Shown here piece by piece: positions 25,403-64,000 of a stretch of DNA of 64,000 nt. A model generated the notes under the pieces. The model ran no database searches. It had not been told where the DNA came from and saw only the letters and a list, made by a program, of their open reading frames with translations. Position numbers and translations under genes: made by a program. The DNA lies in the NCBI RefSeq assembly GCF_023055435.1, contig NW_025963789.1, positions 558,001 to 622,000 of the forward strand. The letters run 5' to 3'. Numbering within the stretch: position 1 is the first letter of the stretch; every line of letters starts with the position of its first letter. This DNA comes from Haliotis rufescens (taxonomy: Eukaryota).

Positions 25403-25691
25403 GTTCTCCTCAACAGATGACTGAACTATCAACAGATACGTCTGTGCAACCCAACGTAGTCAAACAAATGTCGGTTCTCAATCTGCTTGTAAAGGAGAAA
25501 AGATAATCAATAAAGTCCATTATTACATATTATTATTTTGTTTCCATATAAGAGATGCGTCGTTGAGGGAAGTGATGATTGATTGGATGTCACTTTGGAA
25601 TGCACCCAGGAGGTATCTCCACAATCGAGAATGGCGCCAGCGTTGACTATACAGTACATAAAAGTGACAAAGCCCTGTCCATATGCATAAG

Positions 25692-25965
25692 TGAGTGAGT
25701 GAGTTGGGTTTAACGCCGCTTTTAACAGTATTCCAGTTATATCACGGCGTGTCAGCTTAATGTGGAGGAAAGCCCGAAGTAATGCAGGTCTCAGACGTTT
25801 ACCACTTCGGTGAAACCCACGAGCACGGGTATGATGCTGACAAACCTAGAAACATAATCGGGGCGAACCGGGATTCGAACTCACAATCATAGGTGTCTGG
25901 CGTGCCCAAGGGACGCAACTCTGCGCAGCGAATCGACTTAGACGAGTGGGCCACCCGTGCCCTCC
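25692..25965 (-). mobile_element. SINE family C
   Basis: Reverse copy of 11047-11314; 13-bp TSD CCATATGCATAAG. Confidence 0.88.
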
Positions 25966-25989
25966 CCATATGCATAAGAAGTGTCTGCT

Positions 25990-26090
25990 ACCCACATGGG
26001 TACAATGTGTAAAGCCCATTTCTGGTGTCCCCGACTGTTATATTGCTCGAATATTGCTTTAAGCCGCGTAAAACAATAATCACTCACTAA
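25990..26090 (+). mobile_element. SINE family D fragment
   Basis: CCCACATGGGTACAATGTGTAAAGCCCATTTCTGGTGTCCCC...(TCAC)n; inverse copy at 51690-51820. Confidence 0.7.
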
Positions 26091-26238
26091 CCCATGGATT
26101 TTATGGGCCAATTTTCTGTTCGATAAAATCCCAGGCCCCCTCCACAATATCAACAGGTCCCTCAGCCTTAATATATACACTTCCAGCCACAAAGAGGCGT
26201 CCTCGTGTTTACGTAAATATGCCTTCATTTAATTAATG

Positions 26239-26400
26239 GACCCGTGAAGATACGGGGAAGAATAGGTCTTCAGCAAACCATCCTTGCCGTAAAGGCGACT
26301 ATGCTTGTCGTACAAGGCGGCTAACGGGATCGGGTGGTCAGGCTCGCTAACTTGGTTGATGCATTTCATCGTATCCCACTTGAGTGGATCGATGTCATGA
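26239..26400 (+). mobile_element. SINE family A, 3'-truncated
   Basis: Starts GACCCGTGAAGAT. Confidence 0.85.
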
Positions 26401-27781
26401 TCTTCACGGGTAAATTGCCACAGGCCCAAGTACAGTATAGATACATGTATTATATACAAAGTGGTGGTACAATAACAAGAGTTAAAAAGTGCACTTAAAG
26501 TTCAATTAGATTTATAATAATGAAGAACATAATGATAAGGCATCTTTGATGTATTTAGCACATAACGACAAGGTTAAATGTCAGACGTTTGTGGTAAAGT
26601 TCGAAGAGAATAATCAATTTTTAGTTTAGTGTTGGAAAAACATATGACTTAAAATATCACATATACTGACATAAAATGCAACTCATCTTCTGTAATATAT
26701 TTTTACAAAAAGGACAAAATTTAAGGTTTCTGGCAACACCGTCCCGCTTACCTGCATTTTTCATTATTTGGAATTCTCCAATTCTTAGTAATGTTATAAA
26801 TTTATTTATCAATAAAATAAAATAAAATATTTTTTGGTCTTTTTAGCGAACATGGGGCAGTATGGCCTTTTTGGTGTCAGACAGTGCTGTAAGTTCGAAG
26901 CCGAAATAGTAACAATCTTAGTAAACGTAAACGATATTATCTTTTTACTTATTTATTATTCATCATATACGTGTAAATTGTTTATTGTATCAGGAACAAT
27001 GTTCATATTGATTGAGATATCATGAACCAGTCCTACATATGCATTATGTATAAACTTAAAAAGATGACGTGAATACCCAACATGTGTTTACTTGATATAG
27101 CAACCCAGTCTCATCAACTAAACACACATCTATTTCGGTTAACCTACAAAATGTTTAATTTCTAAAAATATTAATTCACGATTTTGTAAACATTATAAGC
27201 TACTACCACTTTGTAGAGGATTATCTATTCCCCATTAGTATAAAGGTTGGCGGTGGCTGGAGTTTTTGTTTTGTACAAAATGTTATGAAATTTCTTGTTT
27301 ATATGAAGGTCGAGAAGTGTATCAAATTATTTTTTGTTTCTGTTGGCTCTGCAAAGTGGTATCTCATGACGGTTTTCAAACAACCAGGAACACAATAGGT
27401 TGAAGGCTTCCGATTACTTGATCTCGCTGCTGTGTCAATATTGGCATCGTTGTGGAACACTCAATGATAAAGCATTTTTTCTCTGAAAACCTTTCAAACG
27501 CTCTCTCACAACTTGATAGAAATGTGTAAAAAGTTCAAATTAATATTGATCAAACAATTGATCACACGCAGTACAAACTTAAAATGCATAACAAAACACA
27601 AAGAGTTTGCAGTATGGCTCAATATATTTCATCCGTGTTTTGCGATATTTTAAATTTAAATTTAAACTTTATACACTATCTCCTCGCAAACCATTGGATC
27701 AATGAAGCTGAAACATCCAATGTTGACACCTGAATTTGTTCAGGTGGTTCCAATCCGATTTTGTCGATATGACCGCCTTGG

Positions 27782-28153
27782 AGGTAAGGTGAAATAGGGT
27801 TTACCGTCGCTTCCATGATTATTGCACTTATACAGGGACGTGCGTGCGTCCGTGCGTGCGTGCGTTCGTGCGTGCGTGCGTGTGGCTGCTACTTAGGTAC
27901 TAGTCCGGACTGATGCCGATTTATAGTACTAGCTCACTGAGATACCATGCCGCAGTGTAACATGAATATCACACTCAGACACAGTATACTGACTCTTTGC
28001 CGACCCGTCCTTGTTTTAGACCCTTAATGTCGAGCGCCAGACAGGGTACCATCTTCTAACGTCTGTTGGTATGACGCGGCCGCGGCCGGGGATCGAACCC
28101 CGGACCTTCCGCTCTCCGAGCGGACGCACTACCACTATACCACGGAGGCGGTC
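27782..28153 (-). mobile_element. SINE family B with expanded (GTGC)n
   Basis: Full reverse copy with tRNA head at 28080-28153. Confidence 0.88.
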
Positions 28154-28709
28154 TGGCCGACTTGGAGGCCACACGGAAAATAACAGTGTATTTGTTGCTC
28201 AGAGTTTACTTAAATGCTCTTAAATTATATCAAACTCCCCGCTGAAAATACCAAACTGAGAAAACTGGACGGTAACACGTACCTAAGCCCTTTACTCTTG
28301 CTGTAACGCTGTATTTGTGATAAGATTGAGAATGTTCATGTGACAGGATAGATATAGTTACGTATCAAACGTTCAGGACAATTTGTCAGTAACGAAAGCA
28401 AATCTTATCTGATGTACACTGAGAAAACAATATGTGAAAAGCCGAATAATAAATAACATCTTTATGAAATTTATGAAGACATTTAGGCAAGAAGTAGGCA
28501 TGTTTCTTTCTGCATGTGAATTGGAATTTCTGCTTGATCACGCGAATTTGGCCAAAAAAGATTTACTTTAGCTTCAGGTACGACAGATCTGATATCGTTC
28601 AACAATGGTCAAAAAGCTCATTTCCTTCCACTAGTTTATATACCTGAACTAGAAATAAAATAGGCCAGGGAGAACACCTCATCTGCTTCAAATTTAGATC
28701 TATGCAAGA

Positions 28710-28982
28710 GACCCATGAAGATCTGGGGTAGGATAGGTCTTCAGCAACCCATGCTTGCAGTAAAAGGTGACTATGCTTGTGGAAAGAGGCGACTAACGGG
28801 ATCGGGTGGTCAGGCTCGCTGACTTGGTTGATGCATGTCATCGTATCCCAATTGCGTAGGTCGATGCTCATGATATTAATCACTGGATTGTCTGGTCCAG
28901 ACTCGATTATTTACAGACTGTCGTCATATAGCTGGAATATTGCTGAGTGCAGCGTTAAACAACAAACCAACCAACCAACAAC
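28710..28982 (+). mobile_element. SINE family A, full length
   Basis: GACCCATGAAGATC head, (CAAC)n tail. Confidence 0.9.
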
Positions 28983-29554
28983 CATGATGTCTAATGTGTA
29001 CAAAAACTAAACAACCCTTATCAAGTTTGAAGCAATAAACAGAAAAAGAGGTCCAGAATTTATAGGACTGGCAAGATTGAAATATTTTCCTGTGGCCATT
29101 CCTGTGGTCTGGGGGAAACTTGTTTCAAGTCTGCAACCCTGATCACATGTCAAACCACCATTGCCTCCATAACAAAACAAAAGAAACAAATTGGAATGCA
29201 ACTATTTACTCTTGAAATGATCATAAAATATGACATTACAATGGTATATGTACATCAAGAAATAGCATACATACTGTACATATATTCTACAGTAAATATC
29301 ATGGTAAACTTGAGGTTATGTAGAAGGCAGTAAAAGTACTGGAGCAGCTGATTAGACAATCAACAGTGACTAGGACCTACAAGAATTGGTGGACAAGGAC
29401 ACACAATCATGGCCATAGTAATAGGCTAGGGAAATGACATGACTGTGAGATGCCACAAGTAATATATTTGTGACAAAATCATGGGAAACTTGATCAAGAG
29501 AAAGATTAAAGAAAGTTGGGACATTAGTATTGGTACATATGTTTGGAAACTGAC

Positions 29555-30300
29555 ATGATGATAGTTTGGCTGGAACAGGACACAAAGTTGAAGCAAGATC
29601 ATAGTTGACAGGCTAGGAAATCGACATGACATTAAGTTGGGTCAAGGACAGTAGTTTAGCTGGAACAGGACACAAAGTTGAAAAAGATCAGAGTTGACAG
29701 GCTAGGAAATCGACATGACATTAAGTCGGGTCACGGACAGTAGTGTGGCTGGAACAGGACACAAAGTTGAAGCAAGATAAGAGAAGATGGGCTAGGAAAT
29801 CGACATGACATTAAGTTGGGTCAAGGACAGTAGTTTGGCTGGAACAGGACACAAAGTTGAAGCAAGATAAGAGAAGATGGGCTAGGAAATCGACATGACA
29901 TTAAGTTGGGTCAAGGACAGTAGTTTGGCTGGAACAGGACACAAAGTTGAAGCAAGATAAGAGAAGATGGGTTAGAAAATCGACATGACATTAAGTTGGG
30001 TCAAGGACAGTAGTTTGGCTGGAACAGGACACAAAGTTGAAGCAAGATAAGGGAAGATGGGCTAGGAAATCGACATGACATTAAGTTGGGTCAAGGACAG
30101 TAGTTTGGCTGGAACAGGACACAAAGTTGAAGCAAGATAAGAGAAGATGGGCTAGGAAATCGACATGACATTAAGTTGGGTCAAGGACAGTAGTTTGGCT
30201 GGAACAGGACACAAAGTTGAAGCAAGATCATAGTTGACAGGCTAGGAAATCAACATGACATTCAGTTGGGTCAAGGACAGTAGTTTGGCTGGAACAGGAA
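29555..30300. repeat. 90-bp tandem repeat (~8 copies), degenerate flanks from ~29370 to 30640
   Basis: Unit TAGTTTGGCTGGAACAGGACACAAAGTTGAAGCAAGATAAGAGAAGATGGGCTAGGAAATCGACATGACATTAAGTTGGGTCAAGGACAG. Confidence 0.95.
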
Positions 30301-32326
30301 ATGATGAAGATGAGAGGAGCACAACAATACATAAAACATAGTAGTCCGCTGGTAAAAGGACACGACACAAAAACTTGTGACAAACTAGGCAAGGAAAAGT
30401 TGCAAAAGTAAGTTTGGGAAAAGACAATGTAGATGGGCTAGATAATGGACATGACAGTACACTGATCTAGGATATGGCAGTCTAGCTGAGGAAAATACAT
30501 GGCAGTACACTCTGAGAAGGAAACAATACTCATGGCTAAGAAGTGAGCATGGCATGCTGTGACAAGGAAAGGGTATACTGGACATTGCAACCTGTGACCA
30601 AATATGGAGAAAGTCTTGGACAAGGATAAGGTAGCCTGTCTTGGTAAAAGGTGTGGAGTTCTTAATACAACAAACATTACATATCTTCAAAACATCACAA
30701 TTCTCTGATCCTGCTGTCTGCACCTACCATACTGCCTTCTTTTGGAAAAGATCAACTAGAAATACTCGTAGGTCCTGTTTGTCAACCATTATAATTTACT
30801 AATCAGAAGCAAGGTTCGTATCAAGCAACATGCTTGTAAAACACAGAACTCTTCTCTGGTTCATATATATTCCCTTGGGTATATGACAGAAAATGGTTTT
30901 AACATGGTAGTGTACAATAAACAGTCAAACACTGCTAAAAACAAATACATGAGCACTGCTAAAATATTCTGTTTTGCACATCAAAGATGCCTCAGGTGAA
31001 TAAAATAAAAGAATTCTTCACAATAAATATGAAATTGGTGATAAATAAAATCAATGAAAATTTAACACATGAAAGCACCAAATATAAAACAGACATGGAT
31101 GTATTGGATAAAAATCTAAAAATAATTTACAACAATTAAATAAAATGACAGTCGCAGGTTTACATGCTGGACATGCACTGTAAGTTAAGCAAAATATCTT
31201 TTTCAAACTAGATTACTCTCTTAGAGTGACACTGCTCAGGTGATGTCATAGAAACATTTATACCACCTTCTATTTCAAGACACCAACACCAAGAGAATAC
31301 AGGCTCTTTGAGCTACAATTTCAATCCTAAACAGATAGACATACAAAAATTAAAAACAGTGTGTGAAATAAAAAAATTAAAAAATAGATAACTGCCCATA
31401 AAAGCACATGATCCAACATTAATTTTTTAATAATTTAAAAAATTAAAATAATAGTGTCTTTTGCAAGTTTGGTTGTGTAAACATGGTAACTGAGATAGAA
31501 GCACCATCGTGTGGTTCAAACTGTACATTCATGTCTAGTCATCAGCAGCAGTTGAGGCAGGCAAGTCAGACAAACCAATGTTCTACAAGATGCAGTGAGA
31601 AGACTTCCCTCACTGGTTAGTACTCTCACTATGCAGTCAGCATCACTTCACATAACAGTCTGTAGGCACAGTTGTATCATATTCATTCTTAGGTAATCTT
31701 AATAATCAGTAATATATTTGTTTTCTTCTATGCATGACTTCCCAGCATGGAGTTATGTAAACAAACATAATGTAGCATTAAGCTAAATCTAATACTGACA
31801 GCTTAACTATACCCTTAGTCCTCCACAGTTTAGAAGTCACAAGTACTCATCAAATTAACGATTGTCTAGATGCAGTTATTACTGCTCACCAATGCTTTCA
31901 TTTCATCCTTCAAATGACTTTTTCATCAAGCATTTCATAGTCTAAATTCATGCTTTCCATCGCAAAGCAATATTTCTAAGCTCATTTTCAAGACATGCAA
32001 AGGTATTTTAAAGGAGTAGAAAATTCTTGGGGCTGGATGTGTCAGGACACTAGTCAGTATGACAAATACATAAAATAACCTATGTATCATTACTGTCAAA
32101 AGTCTCAAATGGTGATCATACCAATATGTGTCAGCAGATTTGTTATATAGGCTGCTTTAAACAAAATACACAAATATTCCACAGCAATGATATCTAAAAA
32201 CCAAACAACTAGAAACATCAACATCATCACAAAATATTCATTGAGCTACTTTAGCAGAATCGTGTACACACTAAGGTTAATGTGGGGTGCATACCTAACC
32301 AAGAACTGTGAACAGGAGTGGTCCAG

Positions 32327-32423
32327 GGCCCCGTTCCACTAAAGCAACCATAGCGCTAAGACGATCGTAAGTACCATACTTTACGACAGTTATAGCGCTA
32401 CGATCCCTTTGTGGAAAGGGGCC
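32327..32423. mobile_element. Palindromic PIF/Harbinger-like MITE
   Basis: GGCCCCGTTCCAC.../...GTGGAAAGGGGCC, 3-bp TSD CAG. Confidence 0.75.
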
Positions 32424-33207
32424 CAGGTGATAGGAGAGCTGGAAGCATCAAGTGTTGCAGACTGTTTGAATGTGACTGATAGTCTGACCATCGATGCACG
32501 CTGTCCGGCCATAATGCAGTGATATACTTGATAATCATGGGTGTAGCAGACACTACAGTGGCTTCATGAGAGCTATTCCTTCACAACACTTGTATCCATG
32601 GTACAAGGATTCACAGATTTAATTTTTTAAACAGCCTTAGTTCTTGGCATTAGCTTGGCACTAATAACAGTTGGCCTTTATTCGAATTAATCTGTAGAAT
32701 TATGTCAACAAGTGCAACAAATTGAGTTTGACATGCTGAGGCTTGAGGCTTGTATCCTGCAACATCCCCTATACAAATTGCACACAAGTAACCAACCAGC
32801 AACATGGTCATGTTCAGAAGCAGAAGTTGATGTCATTACTCAGTGGTAATTAGAGTATCTACACTATACTGGCTAGCTATAGTGTGCACACACCATTCTT
32901 GGGTACAAGTTTCAGGAGAAAATTAATATTCACTATTTCGATTGCGAAAACAATTGTTGGCACAAAATTGTAAAACAACAACAAATTTGACTTTTAATGA
33001 CTTAATGGATCCCAGTTCTCACTGATAAGACTACACCACACATCTCACACAAACATCTGCAATTTCTACAGCTGAGCATTCAGTGTTGGAGGTAGAAGGT
33101 CGTGGATACATGATACTGATGTCTTCCACCTAGACTGACCTTGGATTGGAGCACATACAAATTGCAGTACAGATACCCTGCTTCAAGAAACTAGTACATA
33201 AGTGCCT

Positions 33208-33410
33208 GTCTGTTTGACAAAGAACATCAAGGACCTGTTTGACAAGGTACTCAAAGGCCTGCCTGTTTGACAAGGTACTCAAGGAACTATTTCACAAGTT
33301 ACTCAAGGACATGTTTGACAAGGTACTCATGGACCTGTTTGACAAGGTACTCATGGACTTGTTTGACAAGGTACTTACGGAACTGTTTGACAAAGTACTC
33401 AAGAACCTAC
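33208..33410. repeat. 24-bp tandem repeat
   Basis: TGTTTGACAAGGTACTCATGGACC-like, ~8 copies. Confidence 0.9.
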
Positions 33411-35085
33411 ATCAAAGTCTTCTGACTTGAAAAGGGACTTCATGAAATTACTGAACAGATGGTGTTAACAAGAAAGGCACAGTTAAACTACCTGCTCATT
33501 CAAACACTAGCAGGTAAATTCTCTAACAAACAACTACATGAAACAATAAGATGAGAGTTAGGATTTATTGTTTTGGCGAAGACTTATGATTATTAACCTC
33601 TAAAATTGAATTATCAGTAGTAGATTCGGATATTCGGGCATAATAATGTTTAAGAAGCTAACAGGAGTGCTTGCCAATATGTCATCTATAATGTCAGCAG
33701 TACCATCATCAGTGCGGTTGCCAGCTCGACAAATGAGAGTTTCTAGTGCTTCAGTCCTACCCCACACTGAACACATGTATCACATGTGGTGTCTCCTTAT
33801 GCAAGTGATGTTGTTCGAAATATACCTCTGTTCACCCAGCAGTAAACTGGGTACCTGGTTTTGTGACTGTTAACCTTCTCATACCTGGTAACGCAGCTTG
33901 GGTTGTATACTCCCCAGGGAGCTGAGAATGAAAAGCAAGTGCACACTGATCCAATGACGGGGGTAATAATGTAAATGCTTTGAGCATGTACCTTGTGTAT
34001 GGATTCTAGCACAATATAAGTCCAAACATTATTTGTTATGTATTGTCATCATCATCCAAGTTTGTATATACCCAGTGAAGGAGGTACATCATCCTAGCCA
34101 TACAAGGTATATACATCTATACACCATGTTCAGAATGGGTTCAGAATCTAGTAAACAAAACAGAAACAAGACCTCACATTTTCTCAGTCTTTTGTGCTAT
34201 AACAATGCCTGTATATCTCATACAAAGACATATGCATCCAAGAAGGTTAATGGTTACATAATGATTACTATTGCAGCTACACAAAGCCATCAACAACACA
34301 ACACTGTTAAACCTAAAAAATACCAGCTCAGAATCAAGGTTTTGGATTTCTTAATATTTCCGTCTTATAATTCAATATTTGACATGTATCTACCACTGGC
34401 CTGTACAAAGAAATTGTGTCAAACAAAGGGTCAATCCCAGCAAGGTTATCTAAAAATCAGATTCTGACAGAAATCCATCTTTATCATAAAGCTACAACAA
34501 CCCAAGTATAAGCAAGGAACTGGTTTCATTATTCATTGTCGCATGTCATTTATTTCAGGAAATAAAATAATCACTGTTTCATCATGTTTACATTTAACAT
34601 AATCTGTGGTAAATAACAAATCCTCTAAAACAACCGTGTATAGATGAAAAACAAATTACAAAAAATGAATTCACAAAACAAAACAAATACAAGTCTGAAT
34701 TTGTATCTTCAACAAATGTAACAAATTGTTTTTCCATGTCAAACAATCCTCTATAGATAAATAAGCAGTCAGCAACATTATGTTACTACAGAGGTTAGGA
34801 AAAGTGAAAAGCATTTTCATCAAAGAATACTGAAATTCTAAAAGAACACACCAAGCACCTTAGTGTCCATAAGAAAGATACCATACAAAAAATGACCCCA
34901 TATTTTGATGTTTCTGTAAGTAATATGCCTCTTGCGAATAACAGTACAAAATTGACTGTATATTGCCTTATGTGTCTGTTGTTAATCCCTGTTAACTGAG
35001 GTTACTAAGACAAATCACATTCAAGGCACAAACACACAGGATATACCATGGACAAACAGTTATCCCTCACAACAGGGATATCCAT

Positions 35086-35186
35086 CACAGATCCCCCGGA
35101 TACAGACAGTACAGATCCCCCAGATACAGACAGTACAGATCCCCCGGATACAGACAGTACAGATCCCCCGGATACAGACAGTACAG
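35086..35186. repeat. 24-bp tandem repeat in putative NT5C2 3' UTR
   Basis: CAGATCCCCCGGATACAGACAGTA x4. Confidence 0.92.
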
Positions 35187-35378
35187 TCTCTAACATGAAT
35201 CACAGACAGGCAGCGATCCCACCCACCCACAGCTTTACACCCACAACCCACACATCCCTGACCGACAACTCATACCAGTGCTTGCTGCTGCGTATCTTCA
35301 CTGCCACCTCACAGATCCACAACCCATAAAGTCTACATTATTGCATAGATCTAGTTGCCTGTGCTGTCACTAGCAGGT

Positions 35379-61734
<26,356 letters not shown>

Positions 61735-62334
61735 GGTGTGCAGGTAGGAGTAGAGCTCAGGCAATGTACAGATCTTGAGTCCTCAAACAGTGCTCGCAGG
61801 TGGACTTGGAACTCAGAGCTTCAAAACAGTTCCGATTTTTCTGCAAAACATCAGACAAATGAATTATTATCTTCTTCTTCTGTGAAGTTCTACATGAACC
61901 ACTAATTATTTATTGTGTAAATCACTTTTTTCCTTAGCCAATTTCCTGTATATTGTTTAACAATAACAAGAGAAAAAGACATATAAACATGATCATGATG
62001 ATAAAGGCGACAAAGGATGTTAAATAAATGCACCACTGGAATCTTAAGGTTTTTAATTTAGCAACACTGTAACCATGGTAACAAGTACAAAACAGGTTAA
62101 GTTCATTCTCTTGTTACATTTCCAAATTTTCCAAATTGCAGTGTCAATGCTCCATCATCATGATCAATTGTCGATAAAGAAAGAACTAACATCCAAATAA
62201 AAGAAAGCTATTTGCCCTTCACACTAAACATTGTGGTAAGAATACTTACTAAACAATAATTGGTTCTTAAATAATAAATATCAACATGATCAAATCATTT
62301 AATTGGATTCAGGCAGACTAGCTCAATTACACCA

Positions 62335-62586
62335 TGTGTGTCTGTTTGTGGCTGCTTGTACTCATCCGGACTGATGCCGACTTATAGTGCTAGCTCACTG
62401 AGATACCATGCTGCAGTTTAACATGAATACCCCACTCAGACACAGCATACTGACTCCGATCCGACCAGTCTGTGTTTTAGCCCCTTAATGACCAACGTCT
62501 GACAGGCTAACAACAAGTACCATCTTTAAACAGCTTTTGGTATGACGCGGGCAAGGATCTAACCACCGTTATTCCTCTCTCCGGGC
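62335..62586 (-). mobile_element. SINE family B, truncated
   Basis: Similarity to other copies. Confidence 0.82.
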
Positions 62587-62983
62587 TCATGTCACAAACA
62601 GACAATTATGACATAGTGCTAAAACTGAGCAATAGAAAATATCTTGAGTATCTTTACGCCAATATATAGTGTTAAAAAGTAAGGATATCCTGGGGTCCAG
62701 GGTCATAGCCAGGATAATTAAACGTAAGCAAACATCATGAACATGATGGACATGTTCTTTCACATAGAATGATTATCAAACACAGACCAAACACATGCAG
62801 GCCTGTACAATAAATCTAAAACAGATATCCCCCCTCGTTCTGGACATAACACTCAGAGCAGATTGACCATTGTGATCAAATCCAGATATCCTCAAATATT
62901 AATGCAACAAGCAAACACAACACTATAGAACCAACTCATCAATGAGAATCTTCACAACCAGGTCAACCTGTTTCATTTTCTAA

Positions 62984-63311
62984 GATTCGCGTCTAAGATT
63001 ATTGCACTTATATAGCGACATGCATGCACATGTGTGTATGTGGCTGCTTGTACTAGTCCGGACTGATGCCGATTAATAGTGATAGCACACTTAGATATCA
63101 TGCCCCAGTTTAACATAAATACCCCACTCAGACACAGTATACTGACTCTGGGCCGACCAGTCCTTGTTTTAGCCCTTTAATGCTGAGCGCCAGACAGGGT
63201 AACAACAAGTACCATCTATTAACGTCTTTTGGTATGACGCGGCCGGAGATCGAACCCCGTACCTTCCACTCTCCGGGCGGACGCTCTACCACTAGACCAC
63301 GGAGGCGGTTC
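62984..63311 (-). mobile_element. SINE family B
   Basis: tRNA head at 63240-63311 plus body. Confidence 0.88.
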
Positions 63312-64000
63312 ATTTTCTTAAAACTGTTTCTTAATTACAATTTTGTAACAATTTTAAATTGTCAGCATTTGGCTCTTGTGCTACTTAGTAGCCATGCTAC
63401 AGGTCCTAAAGATCTGTGCCTATAGTATTTGAATCCAGAGGTCTCCTAAATCACAACTTTTAACATAAGACTCAGACTTTCATGCTTAATCAAACAGTGA
63501 AACTTTCGCTACCTTTCCCATAGTGGTAGAAACAGCTGGAGGTGACTCATCCTATAGCTCAGAGCAGCTATCCTCAAATAATAAGGTTATTAGGGAGAAA
63601 TCACAACCTTCAGATCAGATTCTAAAATACAAAATGCAGAAGATGACAAGATTCAATATTTGAGATTTGCCCGGTGACAGTAAGCATTGGGTAGTGTGAG
63701 TTACCTGAAGTAGGATGCAGAGCCCCTGTATGATGATCGAACTATAACACACTGACACACAACTGAGTTCTGTACATCTGTGTTTACAACTACTTCCTCA
63801 AGTACATAACATGGGTGAGACATACAAGAGGGAAAGTAACAGGCCTACAAAGCAGCCACTTGCTGCAGAGCTAGGGTAACCTGATCTATCTACTCCTGAG
63901 AGGAACACTCAGTGATCATGTGATCTCCAGATATATAGCCCATGTAGACGCAACACTTACTCCACCTCTCCGTACTCTGCCACCCTGACCCACATGTTCA

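Noticed and set aside
61735-61840. In-frame TGA codons upstream of the NT5C2 ATG as selenocysteine or readthrough extension
   Set aside because: No SECIS identified and no homology; simpler as 5' UTR.

Overview
Repeat-rich animal (not prokaryotic) genomic DNA. The SINE families suggest a mollusc, probably an abalone-type gastropod (Haliotis), but this is inference from recalled repeat sequences. I reconstructed two spliced minus-strand genes by hand. (1) A complete cytosolic purine 5'-nucleotidase (NT5C2/cN-II): 17 coding exons, 61734->35379, 565 aa, all GT-AG introns with consistent phases. (2) A 4-exon secreted signal peptide + CUB + PAN/apple-like protein, 25402->11401, 215 aa. The rest is four SINE-like families, a degraded APE-RT LINE, a Penelope GIY-YIG remnant, an internally deleted DIRS1 retrotransposon, several non-autonomous DNA transposons with visible TIRs/TSDs, and about ten tandem arrays. 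Best leads: a candidate 3-nt microexon/poison exon with a perfect TACTAAC branch point and an adjacent GC-rich structured element in NT5C2 intron 3; a 16-bp minisatellite made of ~115 copies of an NT5C2 splice donor; a tRNA-less SINE whose invariant 5' end can fold as a pseudoknot and apparently seeded a 35-bp satellite; and a possible spliced uORF ahead of NT5C2. Most ORFs in the supplied track are repeat artefacts.
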